NCBI GenBank assembly: GCA_040402375.1
Contig: JBBAMR010000001.1
Span: 123,358 to 187,357, forward strand
Reading direction: 5' to 3'
Origin: Candidatus Nanopelagicaceae bacterium
GTDB taxonomy: Bacteria > Actinomycetota > Actinomycetes > Nanopelagicales > Nanopelagicaceae
Length of the DNA: 64,000 nt
Below are positions 59,538-64,000 of the stretch, piece by piece. The notes below the pieces were generated by a model that was not told the origin of the DNA, searched no databases, and worked only from the letters and a program-made list of their open reading frames with translations. The translations under genes and the position numbers were made by a program. Numbering within the stretch: position 1 is the stretch's first letter; each line of letters begins with the position of its first letter.

Positions 59538-60173
59538 ATGGAGCTAGTTATCAGCGCTGATCTACGAATCAATGATCGAATTCGCGTTCCGCAGGTGCGA
59601 CTCATTGGACATGAAGGTGATCAAGTTGGCATTGTCGATATCGACAAGGCGCTTGCGATGGCAGATGAAGTCGGTCTCGACCTCGTTGAAATCTCGCCTG
59701 ATGCCCAACCTCCAGTCTGCAAGGTGATGGATTTCGGAAAGTACAAGTACGAAATCGCACAGAAGGCACGTGAAGCTCGCCAGAACCAGACCCACATTGT
59801 GGTCAAGGAGATGAGACTTGGTTTAAAGATCGAACCACACGATTATGAGACAAAGCGAAATCACATCGAAAAGTTTCTTCGTGCAGGTGACAAGGTAAAG
59901 GTAACGGTTCAATTCCGAGGACGTGAACAGACGAGACCAGAAATGGGATATCGGATGTTGATGAAACTTTCGGAAGAGTTGGTCGGAGTAGCGCTCGTTG
60001 AGTTCGCCCCTAAAAAAGAGGGACGTTCGATGACGATGGTTCTCGGACCACTTGTGAAGAAGGGTGCGATCAAGAAGGCGGCTCCTGCGAAGGCAGAGAA
60101 GAAGCCAGAAGTAGCGGTAGAGCCACCAGTAGAAGCAGTAATCGAAGCACCTGCAGTTGAGGTAGTCGAGTAA
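59538..60173 (+). CDS. infC: translation initiation factor IF-3
   Basis: IF3 N- and C-domains (RINDRIRVPQVRLIG, VCKVMDFGKYKYE, KEMRLGLKIEPHDYETK) with an Ala/Pro/Glu/Lys-rich tail. ATG 59538 is the first canonical start. However GGAG (59540-59543), a 6-nt spacer and in-frame ATC 59550 is a better-placed initiation site. Confidence 0.93.
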   Translation: MELVISADLRINDRIRVPQVRLIGHEGDQVGIVDIDKALAMADEVGLDLVEISPDAQPPVCKVMDFGKYKYEIAQKAREARQNQTHIVVKEMRLGLKIEPHDYETKRNHIEKFLRAGDKVKVTVQFRGREQTRPEMGYRMLMKLSEELVGVALVEFAPKKEGRSMTMVLGPLVKKGAIKKAAPAKAEKKPEVAVEPPVEAVIEAPAVEVVE

Positions 60174-60228
60174 GTAAAGAGATTTTTTGTACGCCAGTTG
60201 TATACGTTCTACAAGAAACGAGGAAGCA

Positions 60229-60426
60229 ATGCCAAAGATGAAGACCCACAGTGGGGCGAAGAAGAGATTCCGCCTTACCGGGACCGGAAAAGTCATGCAC
60301 GAACGTGCTGGCAAGCGCCACCTTTTGGAGCACAAATCTTCACGCGTCACTCGCCGTTTGAGCAACGACGCAACCGGCAAGAAGACCGTAACAGTTACCG
60401 CCAAGCGCATGCTCGGTTTGAAGTAA
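60229..60426 (+). CDS. rpmI: 50S ribosomal protein L35
   Basis: 65 aa, starting [31 protein letters not shown] lies upstream. The ORF-track start at 60187 adds 14 unsupported residues. Confidence 0.95.
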   Translation: MPKMKTHSGAKKRFRLTGTGKVMHERAGKRHLLEHKSSRVTRRLSNDATGKKTVTVTAKRMLGLK

Positions 60427-60439
60427 AGGGGAGTAGAGA

Positions 60440-60802
60440 ATGGCAAGAGTAAAACGCGGAGTACACGCAGCGAAGAAGCGCCGCACAACACTTGAGCGCG
60501 CAGCTGGATATCGCGGCCAACGTTCACGTCTCTTCAGCAAGGCGAAGGAGCAGGTAACTCACTCGCTCGTCTATGCATTCAACGATCGCAAAGATAAGAA
60601 GGGCGACTTCCGTCGTCTTTGGATTCAGCGTATCAACGCCGGTGCACGTGCAAACGGCCTCACCTACAACCGCTTCATCCAGGGCCTACACGGTGCTGGT
60701 ATCGAAGTAGATCGTCGCGTTCTTTCAGAGCTCGCAACCAACGACCCAGCTGCCTTTGCAGCGCTCGTCGAAGTTGCGCGCAAGCATGTCGTCGTCGCGT
60801 AA
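60440..60802 (+). CDS. rplT: 50S ribosomal protein L20
   Basis: 120 aa with [15 protein letters not shown] and [13 protein letters not shown]. Confidence 0.97.
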   Translation: MARVKRGVHAAKKRRTTLERAAGYRGQRSRLFSKAKEQVTHSLVYAFNDRKDKKGDFRRLWIQRINAGARANGLTYNRFIQGLHGAGIEVDRRVLSELATNDPAAFAALVEVARKHVVVA

Positions 60803-60845
60803 CGCGATCTGACAACTACTGCATCGCTCAACAATCGTCGACACT

Positions 60846-61661
60846 ATGACCCACCAAGTAATTAAGAGCCTTCACTCGCCACACGTTGAGCGGGTGAAGG
60901 CTCTTTTGGGTTCTCGTGGAAAGAAGATTCGACGAGAAGAGTCACTCTTCATAGCTGATGGAATGCAATCAATCCGAAGCGCCTTGATGCCAAAGATTGC
61001 ATCTGCGCCGTTGATTGAGAAGATCTATCTCACCGAGAGCGGTGAGGCTAAGTTACGCTCAGAGTTTTCAGATCAGATCGTCGATGCGCATGAGATTATT
61101 CCGGTCACAGATGAGGTCATGGCCGCGATGGCCGATACGCAGGCACCGCAAGGCATCCTCGCACTCTGTCGCTTTAAAGAACTTTCTCTCACCGAGATCC
61201 TTGCCGCCGCTCCGAAACGAATCGCCTTCTTCTGGCAGATTCAAGATCCCGGGAACGCTGGCACTGCAATCCGAACAGCGGATGCTTGTGGCTTCGATGC
61301 CATTTTATTCTCAGAAGGAAGCGTTGATATTTATTCACCGAAGGTTGTCCGTTCGACGGCAGGATCGCTCTGGCATATCCCGGTCGCCCAAGAACTGACT
61401 CTCTCTGAGATTACCGAACTCGCTGGAAGTGGCCAGTACTCGGTCGTCGCCTTCGATGGAGCAGGGGGTCGCACACTCGAAGAGCTCCCCTCAGATCGGG
61501 CTACCATCGCAGTCTTTGGCAATGAGGCGCGAGGCTTACCTACCTTGCCAGATTCAATTGAGAAGATTCGCATCCCTATGAGCGGATTTGCTGAGAGTTT
61601 AAATGTCGCTAGCGCCGCTGCTATCGCGCTATATCACTTAGGCAATCCAGGGAATCGCTAG
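60846..61661 (+). CDS. TrmH/SpoU-family RNA 2'-O-methyltransferase (TsnR-like)
   Basis: 271 aa. SPOUT motifs DPGNAGTAIRTADA, VFGNEARGL and SLNVASAAAIALY. Same position as mycobacterial tsnR, after rplT. Confidence 0.88.
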   Translation: MTHQVIKSLHSPHVERVKALLGSRGKKIRREESLFIADGMQSIRSALMPKIASAPLIEKIYLTESGEAKLRSEFSDQIVDAHEIIPVTDEVMAAMADTQAPQGILALCRFKELSLTEILAAAPKRIAFFWQIQDPGNAGTAIRTADACGFDAILFSEGSVDIYSPKVVRSTAGSLWHIPVAQELTLSEITELAGSGQYSVVAFDGAGGRTLEELPSDRATIAVFGNEARGLPTLPDSIEKIRIPMSGFAESLNVASAAAIALYHLGNPGNR

Positions 61662-61674
61662 AATAAAGACCCTT

Positions 61675-62691
61675 ATGACTCTTACATCTGCTCAGATCGA
61701 TGAGATTACATCTGCAGCTCTTGCCGCTATTGACTCAGCAACTAACCTAGAGGCCCTCAAAGAGGTTCGTATCGGGCATGTAGGGGATCGGTCTCCAATT
61801 GCGCGTGCAAATCAGGCGCTCGGCTCAATGGAGGTATCTGAACGCGCTGAGTTTGGAAAAGTAATTGGTAAGGGAAGATCGACGATCAATGCTGCTTTCG
61901 AAGTACGTCAGAAAGAGTTAGAAGTAGAACGCGATGCACGCGTATTGATTGAAGAACGTGTCGATGTCACTATTCCAGCCCGTCGTACTCCGCAAGGCGG
62001 ATTACACCCACTGACACTCCTCACCAATGAGATCTGTGATCTCTTCATTGGGCTCGGGTATCGCGTCGCTGAAGGCCCGGAACTCGAATCAGAGTGGCTT
62101 AATTTTGATTCTCTCAATATTCCAGCTGATCACCCGGCACGAACAATGCAAGATACCTTCTTCATAGAACCCCTTGATTCACGGTTGGTACTTCGCACGC
62201 ACACCTCACCAGTGCAGATGCGCACCATGCTAGAAGAGAAGCCTCCGATCTATGTCATCTGCCCAGGGCGCACGTACCGTGCTGATGAACTCGATGCGAC
62301 CCATACTCCAGTATTTAGTCAGGTTGAAGGTCTCGTTGTAGATCGCGGCATCACGATGGCCGACCTCAAGGGAACACTTGATTACTTCGCACGCGCCATC
62401 TTTGGTCCAGATGTAAAAACTCGCCTTCGTCCATCCTTCTTCCCATTTACTGAGCCAAGCGCCGAAGTTGATTTCTTCTTCAACGGTCGCTGGATTGAGT
62501 GGGGCGGCTGCGGCATGGTGAATCCCAAGGTTCTGCGCGCTGCCGGGATTGATCCTGAAGAGTTCTCTGGTTTCGCCTTTGGCATGGGGCTAGAACGCAC
62601 CCTGATGGTCAAGCATGGAATCACAGATATGCACGATATCGTCGAAGGCGATATTCGTTTCTCTCAGAACTTTGGAAGTGGCCTACGATGA
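61675..62691 (+). CDS. pheS: phenylalanine--tRNA ligase alpha subunit
   Basis: 338 aa. Class II motifs (HPARTMQDTFF, RTHTSPVQ, GRTYRAD, FPFTEPSAEVD, GCGMVNPKVL). Confidence 0.96.
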   Translation: MTLTSAQIDEITSAALAAIDSATNLEALKEVRIGHVGDRSPIARANQALGSMEVSERAEFGKVIGKGRSTINAAFEVRQKELEVERDARVLIEERVDVTIPARRTPQGGLHPLTLLTNEICDLFIGLGYRVAEGPELESEWLNFDSLNIPADHPARTMQDTFFIEPLDSRLVLRTHTSPVQMRTMLEEKPPIYVICPGRTYRADELDATHTPVFSQVEGLVVDRGITMADLKGTLDYFARAIFGPDVKTRLRPSFFPFTEPSAEVDFFFNGRWIEWGGCGMVNPKVLRAAGIDPEEFSGFAFGMGLERTLMVKHGITDMHDIVEGDIRFSQNFGSGLR

Positions 62692-64000
62692 AGATTCCAT
62701 TGTCGTGGTTGCGCGAATTCGCCGATATTCCATCCGACATCACTCCAGATCAGATCGAGAACGCCTTCGTCAAGGTTGGTTTTGAAGTCGAAGATATCCA
62801 TATTTCAGGCGCAGACCTCACGGGTCCACTGGTTGTGGCCCGCGTTGAAGCAATCGAAGAACTTGCCGAACATAAGAAGCCAATTCGCTACGTCTCGCTA
62901 GATTGTGGCGAAGGTTCAATTCGTTATGTGATCTGCGGCGCTCGAAACTTCAACGTAGGGGATCTTGTCGTAGCAGCTCTTCCTGGCGCGGTACTTCCTG
63001 GGAATTTTGTGATCTCGGCTCGTGAAACATATGGAAAGACAAGCAACGGAATGATCTGTTCTGCCCGCGAACTAGGCATGAGTGATGATCACGAAGGAAT
63101 CATTGTTCTTCCAACAACTTCGCAGGTAGGTGCGGATGCAATTGCACTCCTTGAGATAAGCGACGCGATTATTGATGTTGCTGTTAATCCAGATCGTGGT
63201 TACGCGCTATCAGCTCGTGGCCTTGCTCGAGAAATTGCTACCTCACTCGGTGTGAACTTCCGTGATCCAGCACTCGTTGATTACCTGGCTGGCGAAAAAA
63301 TCTCCTCAAATAATGGTGTGCAGGTCCGCATCGATGATCCGAGCGGCGCCGACTACATCCAGATCCGCACCCTTGAAGGCGTCAACGTCCGAAACGAGAC
63401 TCCACTCTGGATGAGTCGTCGTCTTGAAAAGTGCGGCATGCGATCGATCTCAATCGCCGTTGATATTACAAACTACGTCATGCTCGAACTCGGTCAGCCT
63501 CTTCATGCATTCGATGCCGATAAAATCGATGGCACAATAACTGTGACCCGAACAGTTTCGTCAGCAGAATTTACGACCTTAGATAATCAGAAGCGCACGC
63601 TCGTAGCTGGAACGCTCATGATTGGTGACGATAAAAAGCACCTCGCTATCGCCGGCACGATGGGTGGTCTCGACTCTGAAGTTACTGACTCCACAACGCG
63701 GATCGCTCTTGAGGCCGCGCATTTTGATCCGATCTCGATCGCAAAGAATTCACGTAGCCAACGTCTTTCATCTGAGGCATCACGTCGTCTCGAGCGAAAT
63801 GTCGATCCAGCAGTGGCGACTGTGGCATCAGCCCGCGCGAGCGCCCTCCTTGTTGAGTTAACTGGTGCTCGGTTGGTCGGCGAATCATCAGCAGGCGCTC
63901 TCGGTGCAGCACGCACGATCACCTTTGATCCCACCGCAATTTCACGGCTGATGGGTTACGATTATTCGTCACACCAAATTCAATCAGCGCTTACGGCGAT
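62688..64000 (+). CDS. pheT: phenylalanine--tRNA ligase beta subunit, N-terminal part (3' end outside the window)
   Basis: Open frame from ATG 62688 (ATGA overlap with the pheS stop) to the window end. Translates MKIPLSWLREFADIPSD...GPLVVARVEAIEE..., the PheT N-terminal tRNA-binding domain. It is absent from the ORF track because it has no stop in the window. Confidence 0.92.
   Translation, partial: MKIPLSWLREFADIPSDITPDQIENAFVKVGFEVEDIHISGADLTGPLVVARVEAIEELAEHKKPIRYVSLDCGEGSIRYVICGARNFNVGDLVVAALPGAVLPGNFVISARETYGKTSNGMICSARELGMSDDHEGIIVLPTTSQVGADAIALLEISDAIIDVAVNPDRGYALSARGLAREIATSLGVNFRDPALVDYLAGEKISSNNGVQVRIDDPSGADYIQIRTLEGVNVRNETPLWMSRRLEKCGMRSISIAVDITNYVMLELGQPLHAFDADKIDGTITVTRTVSSAEFTTLDNQKRTLVAGTLMIGDDKKHLAIAGTMGGLDSEVTDSTTRIALEAAHFDPISIAKNSRSQRLSSEASRRLERNVDPAVATVASARASALLVELTGARLVGESSAGALGAARTITFDPTAISRLMGYDYSSHQIQSALTA

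Noticed and set aside
59823-60527. 234-aa minus-strand ORF spanning the infC 3' end, rpmI and the rplT 5' end.
   Set aside because: It is antisense to three strongly supported, universally conserved genes. Its translation is Leu/Arg/Phe/Cys/Trp-rich with no recognisable domain, and it has no SD or -10 context. It is a shadow ORF.

Overview
This window is a dense, almost gap-free run of core housekeeping genes. It carries actinobacterial hallmarks: WhiA, RbpA, a SufR-led suf operon, a PdtaR-like REC-ANTAR regulator, DUF3099, a PriA-type hisA inside a his-trp cluster, and mycobacterium-like gene order. I call about 62 protein genes and one tRNA.

Gene order:
- hisB(partial)-hisH-hisA/priA-hisF-hisI-trpE-(49 aa ORF)-trpC-trpB-trpA-mauE/doxX-dsbA-like-lgt-VIT
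- gltB-gltD; pyk; tRNA; ANTAR response regulator
- liv-type ABC importer (5 genes); thioesterase(-); polA; MFS(-); rpsA
- coaE-uvrB-uvrA-uvrC-rapZ-yvcK-whiA; gap-pgk-tpiA-secG-rbpA
- (-)pgi-tal-tkt; (-)ctaA
- sufR-sufB-sufD-Rieske-sufC-sufS-sufU-sufT-like; ABC exporter; DUF3099(-)
- fabG-fabI; infC-rpmI-rplT; TrmH-family methyltransferase; pheS-pheT(partial)

I saw no mobile elements, CRISPR arrays, defence systems or toxin-antitoxin systems, and I do not find a convincing novel multi-gene system. It looks like a streamlined core region.

The items most worth a second look:
1. A 73-nt class-I tRNA with a Leu (CAA) anticodon. Its 3' end sits 1 nt from the ANTAR regulator start codon.
2. A recurrent TANNNT hexamer 6-7 nt upstream of start codons at the heads of divergent or isolated genes, which implies leaderless mRNAs and revises some starts.
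3. A MauE/DoxX plus DsbA-like redox pair translationally coupled to trpA.
4. A Rieske ferredoxin embedded in the suf operon.
5. A palindrome and 9-mer repeats in the 45-bp ctaA/sufR divergent region.
6. A likely non-AUG (AUC) start for infC.
7. A 49-aa membrane ORF between trpE and trpC, below the ORF-track cutoff.

Everything comes from reading the sequence and recalling protein families. No searches or folding programs were run.
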